Shown here in pieces: positions 1 to 13,686 of a stretch of 64,000 bases of DNA (positions are counted from its first letter, which is position 1; the number at the start of each line of letters is the position of its first letter). A program made the translations under genes and the position numbers. This DNA is from Octopus vulgaris. Lineage: Eukaryota. The notes beneath the pieces were generated by a model, which was not told the origin of the DNA, did not search any database, and worked only from the letters and a program-made list of their open reading frames with translations. The stretch lies in contig OX597838.1 in NCBI GenBank assembly GCA_951406725.2, positions 40,796,001-40,860,000 on the forward strand, in the 5' to 3' direction.

Positions 1-202
1 AAAATTTATGAAACGCTTCTACGTATTTCCTATTGAGGAAATGGAACACATAACCGCAAAAATAGAGGGCATTAAAGCTTGATTTTAAAACCAAAATAAT
101 TGAATTTTGGTTGAACTTCATCCAAGTTTAGCTTAATTCATGCGTGCATAGAACGCACGAGCGCACGAGCGCACGAGCGCACGAGCCGGGCAATAATGCT
201 AG
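1..202 (+). mobile_element. Possible Helitron-like 3' terminus (5' part outside window)
   Basis: Short hairpin CGTGC-atagaac-GCACG, 4x GCACGAGC (155-186), then CGGGcaataatgCTAG (CTAG 199-202) followed by T. Hairpin plus CTRR is the usual Helitron end. Confidence 0.4.
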
Positions 203-324
203 TATGTATATATATTTTTTTCGGTTAACAAGAATACAAGGACTTTTGTTACGTTTCCAAGTTGCCATTCTTTGATGAATTTAAGGACTCACTATCAAAT
301 TCGTCAAACAAAATGACGACTTAT

Positions 325-520
325 AGAACCACTCGGCGTAGAACGTCTTTTAACAGAAGTTGGAGTCAATGCGAGGCATCCCGCGCAGACTTGAAGACAG
401 GAGAACCGTCAGTGCATACGCGGACGACATTACCATAATGTTGCCAAACATGGAAAACCGAGAAAGTCATCACTATTCAGGAAGAATAACATGGAAAAAA
501 ATTGTAAATTTTACTAATTT
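325..520 (+). pseudogene. L1/Tx1-like LINE reverse transcriptase fragment
   Basis: Manual translation LESMRGIPRRLEDRRTVSAYADDITIMLP, with the YADD motif at 417-428. Confidence 0.55.
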
Positions 521-1021
521 ATAGTTTCTTTCTTAACTAGGATTAACATCAAAAGTAAAACGCCCTCTATATTACAGAGGGAGATATAATTGCGAATGTT
601 AGCATAATTCTGAATCCGCGTTTCTTTTCTTATTTTCAGAAGTTTTGTTATTTATAAAACAATCGCGAATGTTTCTGATTAGCATCCATGCAGGCTAATC
701 ATCAAACAAGGAGCTTAGTCGATAGAATGCCATAACAACGGACGCACTTACTGCGTTCTGACCAACTGTCAACAACCACTTTAAACCGTCTGATCCAAAC
801 ATGATCAAACACATTCGTTTATCGCAAATAAAATACATAACTACGATATTCTAGCAATAATGAAAGCGAAATCAAGAAGAGGAATATGTTGATAGTGGTG
901 CGGGGGGGAGGGGGCAGTCAGAGTATATAATACGAATGAGAATGACAGAGCAAGAAAATCAGTGAAGGGATGAAAGCAATATCAATAAATAAATAATGCA
1001 GTGTGTGTATGTGTGTTTGTG

Positions 1022-1089
<68 letters not shown>

Positions 1090-1090
1090 C

Positions 1091-1830
<740 letters not shown>

Positions 1831-1841
1831 AAGAATATATA

Positions 1842-1907
<66 letters not shown>

Positions 1908-1909
<2 letters not shown>

Positions 1910-2100
1910 CGCCATGATAGATCGTTAGCTACTACACACATTTTTTTCTCTCCTTGTTTTTTCTCTGTACCTTTCTGTAGAAGAGCGTAGGCTCGAAACG
2001 TAAAATACTTTTTCTATTTCTGAGCGTTATACTAATACATCTGTTTGTTTTGTACACCACCTGTCTTCGTCTTTTGTTTTTTTTCGTAAACTCTCCCTAT
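1908..2100 (+). mobile_element. PLE-like 3' tail fragment (second copy at 32988-33190)
   Basis: Near-identical dispersed copy. Ends in (TA)n and contains an HHR-like motif. Confidence 0.7.
1971..2006 (+). ncRNA. Minimal hammerhead-like motif, CUGUAGA (A6U) core
   Basis: cttt-CTGTAGA-a-gagc-gtag-gctc-GAAA-c-GTA-aaa, with palindromic stem III ACGT. Confidence 0.55.
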
Positions 2101-2109
2101 ATATGTATG

Positions 2110-2150
<41 letters not shown>

Positions 2151-2190
2151 TTAAAAAAGAAGATGTGGAACACGAGTTGTGATATATAAA

Positions 2191-2440
2191 AAAGGAAATG
2201 AAGAAAATGCTGACAAAATAATTTAAGTAATTTAAGTAATTTAATTAGGTGAAAGTTATTTTTACCGGTTGCGCATTTGTTATGCTTATCAAAAGAAAAG
2301 TCTATCAGAAAGGAACTCTATCTCTCTTAAAAAAATATCTTTTGATAAGCATAACAAATGCGCAACCGGTAAAAAGAACCTTCACCTAATTAAATTACTT
2401 AAATTACTTAAATTATTTTGTCAGCATTTTCTTCATTTCC

Positions 2441-2443
<3 letters not shown>
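2191..2443. repeat. Fold-back (~105-bp arms) between (TA)n tracts
   Basis: 2191-2296 is the reverse complement of 2338-2443 with about 2 mismatches. Confidence 0.9.
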
Positions 2444-2510
<67 letters not shown>

Positions 2511-3051
2511 CGAGTGTCATGAATGTGAATAGGGATCAGAAAGATGTTCGTAGAAAAACTTTTAAAGTAGGTTTTTCAGAAATTATCGGAAAACCGTAAG
2601 TTTTGCTGCTGCCAGTGGTACACCTTGGAAATCAATACCGTAGTAAAATGCCAACATATTTATTAAGTGAATGGTATTAGTAAAGATGGGAAGCTGGATA
2701 GCTGCCTAAATGACAGATATCAACTCAGGGGCAAAGGAAAGCGTCTAACGCTGATATAGGGTAACGTTTCATGAACACCATGTGCAGGGCATTCTGTGTT
2801 GATGACCTTTCCGCTTTTGTACACAGTTGTATATTGTCGATAATCGTAATGAGCTTACAGGTTTTAGTTGTTGTTGTTTTTTTTAATAATGTACGGATTT
2901 ACGTAAGCTTTGTGTCTTTTCTGATGGTTGTGAATGCTTGATCCAGCAATTTGATTGATAGAACAGTTCCACGGTTTACTGAAAAGATCGCGAACAAGTA
3001 ATAGATATCATTGTATTGCTTTATTATAGGCAGGCAGGCAGACAGACAGAC

Positions 3052-3095
<44 letters not shown>

Positions 3096-3617
3096 GGATA
3101 GATAGATAGATAGATAGATAGATATATAGATAGATAGATAGATAGATAGATTGATAGGATAGATTGATAGATAAGTACGTAGGTTGCTTTGGTTAAAGAG
3201 ATACAACGAGTTTCTACGCAGTTTCCGTTTTCAAAGTCCTACTCACTAAGTGTAGCAGCAGCAACAGTAGGAGGAGGAGGAGGAGGAGGAGGAAAGGAAG
3301 AGGATGGAGGGGTGAGGAGGAGGAGGAAAAGGAAGAGGAGGAGGAGGAGGAAGAGGAGGAGGACGAGGAGGAGGAAACGAAGAAGATGCTTGTCTTACCA
3401 AATCCAAGCTGCCGTGCCTTATGATCGAACCATTACTATCGAACCTAAAAGAACATAGTTACTACGAAGTTACTTCTACACCACACACACGCACGCACAC
3501 ACACACACGCACGCACACACACGGACGCACACGCACGCACGCACACACTCACACATATATATATATGCATATGTGTGTGTATATATGTATGTAGTGTGTG
3601 TATGTGTGTGTTTGCAA

Positions 3618-3785
<168 letters not shown>

Positions 3786-4274
3786 GTGTACATGTTCAAA
3801 TGTTGTGTCTATACGCATACATTTACAGCCTCGTTCCACTTCCACTGATGTCAAACAAAGTAATCTGTTCCTTATGGATTCGATGTGTTGACAAAAGTAT
3901 AATGTTTGTTTAAGTGAGTGTTGAGTGTCACAGCGAAATATTTGGATCATAAATTCGAAGAAAAGGAAAGGGTGATATTTCCATGGTGTAAATAGTATCA
4001 GTTTTGCAAGATAAACAACGCATGGGATGCTATTATCCATCGGGAATTGAGATTACAGAATATGTGTGCACTTAAATAAGAATGTACTTAATACGGTTAA
4101 GGCCGGTGCGTCAAAATATGTAAAGAGAGTATTCGAAGGCAAAAGCGAGAGACTGGGAGGGGGGGAAGTGGTTTACTTAGACACGGCCCCTGGGAATTAT
4201 ACATGCAGCCGTATATGTATGCGTGTATGTATCTTCCTCTCTTTGTCTATCTATATATCATTCTCTGCATGTGA

Positions 4275-4430
4275 GTGTAGGAGTGGCTGTGTGGTAAGTA
4301 GCTTGCTTACCAACCACATGGTTCCGGGTTCAGTCCCACTGCGTGGCATCTTGGGCAAGTGTCTTCTGCTATAGCCTCGGGCCGACCAAAGCCTTGTGAG
4401 TGGATTTGGTAGACGGAAACTGAAAGAAGC

Positions 4431-4529
<99 letters not shown>

Positions 4530-4675
4530 GTGTGTGTGTGTTTGTGTGTCTGTGTTTGTCCCCCTAGCATTGCTTGACAACTGATGCCGGGGTCGATTTG
4601 CTCGACTAAAGGCGGTGCACCAGCATGGCCGCAGTCAAATGACTGAAACAAGTAAAAGAGTAAAGAGTAAAGAGA
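4275..4675 (+). mobile_element. SINE family A copy (internal deletion)
   Basis: Same head and tail as 1414-1830, with an expanded internal TA tract. Confidence 0.9.
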
Positions 4676-5019
4676 GCATGTGAATACATATATGCACACA
4701 CACACACTCACACACACACACAAACACACACGCGCGCACACACACACACATACACACACACATGTACTCGCAAAGCAAGGGGGAGAAAAAGATGCACAGA
4801 AAATTAGACTGACAGATAGAAGCATACATACATGCATGTGTATGTGTGTGTGTGTGTGTAAATTTCTATCTGTATATTTTTATATGTGTGTGTGTGTATA
4901 CATACACACATATTGATGTGTATGTGTATATACATACATATAAGAGAGACAGAGAAATCAAAAGATTGATTGATAGATTGATACGCACGCACACACACAC
5001 ATGATGTGGACAGGTAGTT

Positions 5020-5415
5020 ACATGTATGTATGTATGAATGTATGTATGTATATATGTGTGCATGTATGTATGTATGTATCTATGTATGTATGTATATATG
5101 TGTGCATGTATGTATGTATGTATCTATGTATGTATATATGTGTGCATGTATGTATGTATGTATGTATGTATGTATGTATGTATGTATGCATGCATGTATG
5201 TATGTATGTATGTATGTATGTATGTATGTATGTATGTATCTATGTATGTATGTATATATGTGTGCATGTATGTATGTATGTATCTATGTATGTATATATG
5301 TGTGCATGTATGTATGTATTTATGTATGTATGTATGTATGTGTGCATGTATGTATGTATGTATGTATGTATGTATCTATGTATCTATGTATGTATATATG
5401 TGTGCATGTATGTAA

Positions 5416-5446
<31 letters not shown>

Positions 5447-5580
5447 TGTATGCATGTATGTATGTATGTATGTATGTATGTATTTATGCATGTATGTATG
5501 TATGTATGTTTATATGTGTGTATGTATGTATGTATGTATGTATGTATGTATGTATTTGTCCATGTATATATGTATGTATA
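5020..5580. repeat. (ATGT)n compound microsatellite
   Basis: Tetranucleotide array with recurring atatgtgtgc interruptions. Confidence 0.95.
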
Positions 5581-6069
5581 CATGCATTCATATAGTACGT
5601 AGATGAGGTGCAAAGCAGTGCTGTTTTTTCTCAAATATGAAACGCAACCAGAGCCGCCATATCGTTGCGAATTTCTCTTTTTCTTTTCTTTCTCTTTTTT
5701 ATTACATGTGAAGTCTCCAGAGTTTGGCAAATAACTTAAAGTGCTGACATGAAACAATCTGAAAAATTATGGTCAAAGAATCAATTTGTGGCGGTCCTTT
5801 CATCAGTTGTTATATTGATGCCATATTCCTTCACACAGGTACGGTACCATGGGTGCTATTTGAAAGGAATTGAGTGGGGAGGGGTGGAAGAATACAATAT
5901 CTTGTATTGTTCTGCATTTGTGTATTCTTCGTTTCTTTGATTGTTTCTGAGAGTGTATACATATACATGTATACACGCATCGTCATACATACATACGTGC
6001 ATGAATTCACACAGACATATGAATTAGTGTCTGTGTACGAGTGTTTGTTTATGCGTATTTACATGTATT

Positions 6070-6149
<80 letters not shown>

Positions 6150-6353
6150 GGCGCAGGCGTGCCTGTGTGTAAATAATTTGCTTCCCAACTACTAGGTTCC
6201 GAGGTTCAGTCCCACTGCGTGGCATCTTAAGCAAGAATCTTCCGCATAGCCGACCAAAGCCTTGTGAGTGGATTTAGTTGACAGAAACTGAAAGAAGTCC
6301 GTCGTATGTATGTATGTATGCATGTGCGTATGTATGTATGTATGTATGTATGT

Positions 6354-6430
<77 letters not shown>

Positions 6431-6503
6431 GACAGGCAGACAGACAGACAGAAAGACAGATAGACAGAGAGATATGCAGACAGACAGACAGACAGACAGA
6501 CAA

Positions 6504-6601
<98 letters not shown>

Positions 6602-6855
6602 GGGCGAACGGGCGGACGGACGGACGGATGGATGGATGGATGCGTCTGTGTGTGCGTGTGTTTGTCTGTGTTTGTCCCCCAGCACCACTTGACAACCGGT
6701 ATTGGTGTGTTTATGTCCGCGTAACTTAGTGGTTCGGCAAAAGAAACTGGTATGACAAGTACCAGTCTTAAAAAAAGTTCTGCGGTCGATTCACTCGACA
6801 AACACTCAAGGTGGTATCCCAGCATGGCCGCAGTCCTAAAACAAATAAAAGATAG
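6150..6855 (+). mobile_element. SINE family A copy with ~350-bp internal ATGT/GATA/GACA expansion
   Basis: Head 6150-6305 and tail 6650-6855 flank the microsatellites. Confidence 0.85.
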
Positions 6856-7102
6856 AAGAGATACGCAAGAAATAATACAACTCCATGGTTTTCACTTTGT
6901 ATGTGAATATTCTCTCAAAAGACTTGAAGAGTCGACCTGGGAATATAGGAGCGGATGCTGGCTGATGGTGGATGCAGGAGTGGAACCGAAAAGACGAAAC
7001 GAACTGTTTACGGAACGAACTTTTTAACCACTCTACCATAGAGACACCTATGTCAATATCAAATTAAAATAATCACTATATATCAGTAATCTACAGGTAA
7101 AC

Positions 7103-7135
<33 letters not shown>

Positions 7136-7159
7136 TATAATAATAATAATAATCATAAT

Positions 7160-7480
7160 GTAGTTACGACTAAAGTTGCTGGAAAATAAAAGGAGTTGAG
7201 AGCACTATACTGGCAGCGAAAGACCAATCTTTGGCCACGAATTGGAGGGTCAACCTTAGGAATCAACAAGTGTCTCCGCTGTGCCACATCTATAACAGAG
7301 AGGATGAAACCATTGCCAATATTGCGAACGAATGCCCTAGATGTTCCCAAAACCATTACAAGTTGTGGAGACACGATCTGGTAAAGAAAGTCCTACACTG
7401 GGAACTGTGTGATAAGTAGGGGCTACAGAAAGGCAAGACGTGGTATGAGCACAAACCGCAGCCTCAACTCGAGAACGACC
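7160..7480 (+). pseudogene. R4/Dong-like RLE LINE fragment (CCHC knuckle region)
   Basis: Frameshifted KCLRC...ETIANIANECPRCSQNHYKLWRHDLVKKVLHWELC...WYEHKPQ, next to (TAA)n at 7104-7153. Similar to the 47545-48405 ORF. Confidence 0.7.
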
Positions 7481-7640
7481 TCCCAGTGGTGTTGGGCGGG
7501 CCAACTGGCCACGAACAGTTCTCAACCAACAACTACCGGCTGGAAATTTTTTTCCACAACCCGGGACGCGATGGCTCCAGCCCCCACCCCCCACCCCTAC
7601 ACCCCGGGTCAAGTTTTCAAGAGCCGCCTACCCAACTTCG

Positions 7641-7725
7641 CTGTTCCTCCACCATCTGTGCATCCTAAGATCGGGAGATATTGAAACCAACCCTGGTCCT
7701 CAATATCCTTGTTGGGAGTGCATGA
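7641..7725 (+). pseudogene. 2A-like peptide followed by YPCxxC (LINE ORF remnant)
   Basis: Manual translation LFLHHLCILRSGDIETNPGPQYPCWEC, with DIETNPGP at 7677-7700. Confidence 0.65.
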
Positions 7726-8394
7726 GGGCACCGCTCTCTTACTCAGTAATAATAACAACATGTTGCATTTTGCTGTAGGTCGTCTCACTCTTTTGATGGC
7801 CAATGTTTCTGAAAGCGTTGTGAACAGGTAACAACACCACTGCTGAAACAGCAAATTCTAAATAAAGTCTTTTCAACGTTCTCGAGATGTTTCTATGCGA
7901 GAGTTAACATTTCTAACATTTTATCCTCAAAGTTGATCTTGAATCCCACAGTAGAAGGTTAAGTAAAAGAGTGAAATAGCGGATGGTTTGTATCTGATTA
8001 GTTTCAATTGATATTTGCATCTGACATTAAATGAAGGCAAAACCTATATCTTGAAAATATATATACCTGTCAAGAATGACAGAACTGCCGCAGTCGAAAA
8101 GCAAAGAAAATAAGAAAATGATGCGCAGAAAGTAATGCAAAACGCAATGAGATTGTGTAACCGCACTAAAGGAATATAAAGTGTATTTTGAGGCAGAGTT
8201 GTTTGTGGTATTTTTGTTGTTAAACCTCAAAACATTTCACGTTATTCTATAAGCTGGATCTTTTTCTAGTTTCCAACAAAATCACAGAATATTCAAAAGT
8301 GATCGAAGCCTTCGACTGTCGATGTTGAGGGAATCGTGTCCTTTTTGAAAAGCTTCAGGAGGTTCTTAACACCTGAAGTTAATCAGCAGAAACT

Positions 8395-8464
8395 TTGACC
8401 ATAGGTTCAGATCAGCTTCGATCTTTTCTGTTATACATACATATATATACTCATACATACATAC

Positions 8465-8546
<82 letters not shown>

Positions 8547-8584
8547 CGGAAAAGTTCGGAGCTGATATCTGAACCTGTGGTCAA
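8395..8584. repeat. Imperfect ~40-bp inverted repeats flanking a (TA)n tract
   Basis: TTGACCATAGGTTCAGATCAGCTTCGATCTTTTCTGTTA versus the reverse complement at 8543-8584. Confidence 0.75.
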
Positions 8585-8597
8585 TATATATATATAT

Positions 8598-8667
8598 CAT
8601 TTTCATTTTCATTTTCATTTTATCTAGTTTCAGCTCACGTGCTGTGGCCATGCTGGGGCACCGCCAT
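8598..8667 (-). mobile_element. Short 3' tail of a LINE/SINE (second copy 34467-34517)
   Basis: Reverse complement TGGCGGTGCCCCAGCATGGCCACAGC...CTGAAACTAGATAAAATG(AAAATG)n shares its core with the SINE A tail. Confidence 0.65.
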
Positions 8668-8924
8668 CATATATATATATATATGAGTTGTTTGGTGATG
8701 AATGATTTGTAGTTTGGTGTCTGAAACAGAGATCACCAAAATCCTTTACATTTCTAAACGTCTTTAATTGTTTACATGACGTCTGTACTCGTTCATTCAT
8801 CGTTTCTTTTCTAAGTGTACTTAAATAGTACTTTGGTGTACTCCAGTTTATTTCGGCGGCATCAGAGATTGTACGGGTTCCGGTGAGTTTAACGAGTACT
8901 CTGTTATCCCTATGCAAAATGTAC

Positions 8925-9407
<483 letters not shown>

Positions 9408-9433
9408 TACAAACATATATATATAAATATACA

Positions 9434-9467
<34 letters not shown>

Positions 9468-9503
9468 CATACATACATGTGTGTATATACATACATAGAG
9501 TCA

Positions 9504-9536
<33 letters not shown>

Positions 9537-11377
9537 TGTGTGTGTGTCTGTGTTAAGCGTTAACCTTTTAATGTTACAATCCAGACAGAAACCAAAAAGT
9601 TTATAACTTTGAAACTTAAGATCAAAAATTAATTATAAAAAAAAAGAAAACATAAAAACAACAAACTATAAATCATCCAAAAGGAGATGCGTTCGGGATT
9701 TGCAAACCTGAAGAAAATGGAAGAAGAAAGCTTATTAAACTATCAAAGAGCTGTAGCCAACTTAAAGTAAGACACAGTGGAAGCGGATGATGAAAGGGAA
9801 ACTTCCCAATATGTTTGCGGAAAATATATATCGTAAATTAAACCAACTGCAGCAAATAAAGTTATCAAATAAAGGAAAGGTATTTCAATTCAGATTAAGA
9901 TCAGACCTTGCCTGCAGGGAATTGCAAACCTGTACAAACCACATATATGGTGACAAACAGAAGATATACGAGAGATACATGTGAGTTCGATTCATAGATG
10001 AGAATAAAACTTTAACCGACGAAACATTCGAATATGGACGGCTAAAGTAAATTCTTTTAACAGATTCCACTTGAGAATCCAAGTGCCTCTCAGAAACAAA
10101 CCTCTGTTCTATTGCTTGGTGTTCGTTTTGCGATAACGGAATATTTCGGGGACAGAACAATCTCGGATCTTGCAGATACTCTTTAAACAATGATTCGATG
10201 ATGGGAGTCTTTTAAGATCAAAACGTCTAAAGCTAAGACTCACTCTCCTCTTCATATTTAATTAATGAAAATGCCATACCGCTTCCCTTGCCATTTTTTG
10301 ACGAGAATCAAGTATCACAAATTCCCATCATCACCTGACACAATGGCCAGTTCCATTCAATCCTGTGCTGTCATAAATATAATCGCTGCCTGCGAATCCG
10401 CCAGTTTATTTCTACAAGTAACAACATCAAAGTAAGCAAGTAGTATCAGTTTATAGCTTCAGAATTGTGTTTATAAAACAAAGAATTTATTCTAACACGG
10501 ACTTTCAGACAATACAACGAACAGACTATTAGATATTTTGTTTCTCAGTCTACATACATACAGACAGACAGACAGACAGACGGACAGATGGATATGTGCG
10601 TGTGTGTGTGAGTGTATGGGTGTAAATAGATGTGTGTGAGCGTGTGAACCTCCGCTGTAGACATACAAACATAAAAATTACCTCCATAAATAGAAAAACT
10701 TATGAACAGTTTTATTCTATTTCCGACCCTTATTAAGGTTTTATCAGAGGCGTCTACATCAATCCGTTTCTAAACACATCAAACCGAGTCATTCCAGGGA
10801 GCTGAAGCTACTAATTTGCACTCAATAAACGCTTAAAATTTCATTGAATATCAGAAGCCTGTCAACGAGGAACCCAGGCCATACCGTATCAAAGTATTAT
10901 AAAATACAAATAAACCAACATAGAAGTCCTACAAACACGTCAGTTTATTTCTCCCTTGGCTGGGAAATAATGAAAGGCCTTAGTCTCATATACGTACACC
11001 CGCTGTGGGAACAGCAATAAACCGCTGCGTTTGCAAAAAGAGTGCATTCTGAGCGCAAACTATCTGAGCTGTCCACACACACTTCTCTATTACTCGTACG
11101 ATCGGAAGTTCGATAAACCAGTGATTGACCTGTTGGGAACTTGTAATTCCCGATGCTATAGTTTACAACAGATACAAATTTCCATCATTCTCTTTTCAAC
11201 TCCTACCACGTCTCCCAGGCCCATTATCACATTTGTAACAACAACAACAACATCTATACCATAATTGTCATTAGCATTTAAACAATACACTGCTCAGCAT
11301 CGTTGCTTAGACTGGACATCTTCTAAGCAGTCGATTGGGGTTCGACTCATGGCGACGCTAATCATCCTTTTATAGAA

Positions 11378-11735
11378 GCAGGCATGGCTGTGTGGTTAGG
11401 AAGCTCGCTTTGGAACCATGGGGATTCGAGTTCGGTCCAACTGCGCGCCAGGCAAGTATTTTCTGTCATAACCAAAGCCTTGTAAAGGAAGTAGGGAGAC
11501 GGAAACTGTGGAAGCCAGTCCTGTGGACAGTGGGGGGGGCGTTTGTGTTTGTCCCGCGCCGTCCCATTGTTCGGCAACCGGTGTTGCTTTCTTTATGTCA
11601 CCGTAACTTAGCGGTTCAGCAAAAGAAATGATACCAGTACCAAGCTTTAAAATACGATGCTGGAGTTGATTTGCTCGAATAAAACCCTTCAAGACGTTAC
11701 CCCATCTTGACCGCCGTCCAACGACTGAAACAAAT
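11378..11735 (+). mobile_element. Diverged SINE family A copy
   Basis: GGCATGGCTGTGTGG head, ACCAAAGCCTTGT, GTAACTTAGCGGTTC, GACTGAAACAA tail. No internal microsatellite. Confidence 0.75.
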
Positions 11736-12534
11736 GAATGATGGAAGTCGGGCATTTTACGTTTTATACGGTCATAGTTTAAGTGAAATCATGTTATTGT
11801 GAATGCATCGGAAAGATTTCAGAGTGAGCAGAATTAGAACTCAGAATGGGCAGAGGAAATACTATTGAACGCCATATTTCTTCCTGTTGTGTATATTGAG
11901 CAGTTGTTCGTTTTGCGGCAGCCGACCGGATTATCTAGGTTATTGAATGCGTTGTCTAAAAAGGCAATACATATATCAAGTAATTTATGGGTCAGTTATT
12001 GATTCTTAGGCCACAAATCTCCTGAGATAATTTTAACTTAATTTCAGCAATAGTTAATTGAAAATAAAATGCGTTCATAGCACATCATTACTAACATAAA
12101 TTTCATTAGGATACATCATTTCCCTCGTGTCATAAAAATAGTTGACGTATTTTGTTTTCACATACACTGAATGAAATGAAAAAAAGAATTGACGCATTTT
12201 TAAACAGTTTTTCAAGCCAATCAATCAAATCTAAATTTTCTTATTTACAAATCGTATCTCGCTGTGTTTTCATACATTTGTGATTAGACATATTGTCATA
12301 TTTCTATTTGTTTTAATTGTTAGAACAATCGAGACCTTGAAGTTAAATGTTACGATGTGATAAGCTTTAAAATTCTTGTAAAATATTCCCCCATTTCCAC
12401 CGTTTGGAAAAACAAACGCTCGGCACTTGTTGTGTTGTGTCTTAATTTGCTGATCACTTTCACGACAGTAAACAGCTCTAAAATTTTCTTTAGAAAAATA
12501 TTCTTCCGACACTATTTCAGAAAAGATAACATTA

Positions 12535-12927
12535 GGCACAGACGTTGCTGTTTAGTAAGAAGCTTGCCTCCCAACCACATGGTCCCGGGTTCAATCCCAC
12601 TGTGTGTTACCTTGGGTAAGTGCCTTCTACTCTAACCTCGGGCCGACCAATGTCTTGTGAGTGGATTTGGTAGACGGAAAATGAAAGAAACTCATCGTAT
12701 ATATGTATGTGTGCTTGTGTGTGTGTGTGTCTGTCTGTCCCTCCACCACTGTTTGACAACTGCTGCTGGTATGTTTATGTCCTCGTAACTTAGTGGTTCG
12801 ACAAAAGAGATCCAATAGAATAAGTACCAGGCTTACAAAAAAGTACTGGGTTCGATACATTCGACTAAAAATTATTGAAGGTGATGCCCCAGCATGACCG
12901 CAGTCTAATGACTGAAACATGTAAAAG
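12535..12927 (+). mobile_element. SINE family A copy
   Basis: GGGTTCAATCCC B box and shared body and tail. Confidence 0.85.
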
Positions 12928-13622
12928 TTTATCGCTAAAAAAAAGAAAGGGTTTCTAGTCAAAAGGATTTCATGGAACCTAAATTTCTTCAAAACAAAAA
13001 ACCCAAATGGATGCCATTGAAAATAACTTGTGCTATTTTTTTGATTTTGTAAATGACCTTCAAAACACAAACCACTGGAACCTTTTGAATATAGTGTTTA
13101 AAATTGGAATTTTTCCCACAAATTATGCAATAGAATTATTTTCCAACAACATACCCAGATATCTTGTGAGAAATTTTTTTCTTTTATAAATGTATGGATC
13201 ACGAGCGATTCGAACACTGAAGCTCAGTATTTGCTGCTGCTGTCCTTTTTGTTCTTCTCCATCTTTTCCTTGTTCTTATTGTTGATGCTCTTGTAAACCT
13301 CTGCCCTTCTTAGGCTTCCTATGATTTTGTGACCCTCCCCACTCACTTCTACCTTCCTGCCTCACCTTTAAAGTTCTCTTCTTTTTAATTACGATATTGG
13401 ATACGCGTGGCCTTGTGCTTAGAGTAGAAAGGATATCAGATAGGCATGTTTGAGATCGATGTGAGATATGGTGGCACAAGCGCACATTTTCTTACTTAGA
13501 TGCGTTTGTATATAGGTATATAGGGCTATAAGTCTATAAGTGTGTGTGTGTGATAGGTGTTAAAGTAGTGGTAAATAGAGAAACAAACGCACACAAACAC
13601 ACACATACACACGCATATATAT

Positions 13623-13684
<62 letters not shown>

Positions 13685-13686
<2 letters not shown>

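Noticed and set aside
3189-3458. Gly/Arg-rich protamine-like ORF
   Set aside because: Derived from a (GGA)n tract with a non-ATG start.
9660-9990. Possible R4/Dong-like remnant (NHPKGDA)
   Set aside because: Only one weak motif.
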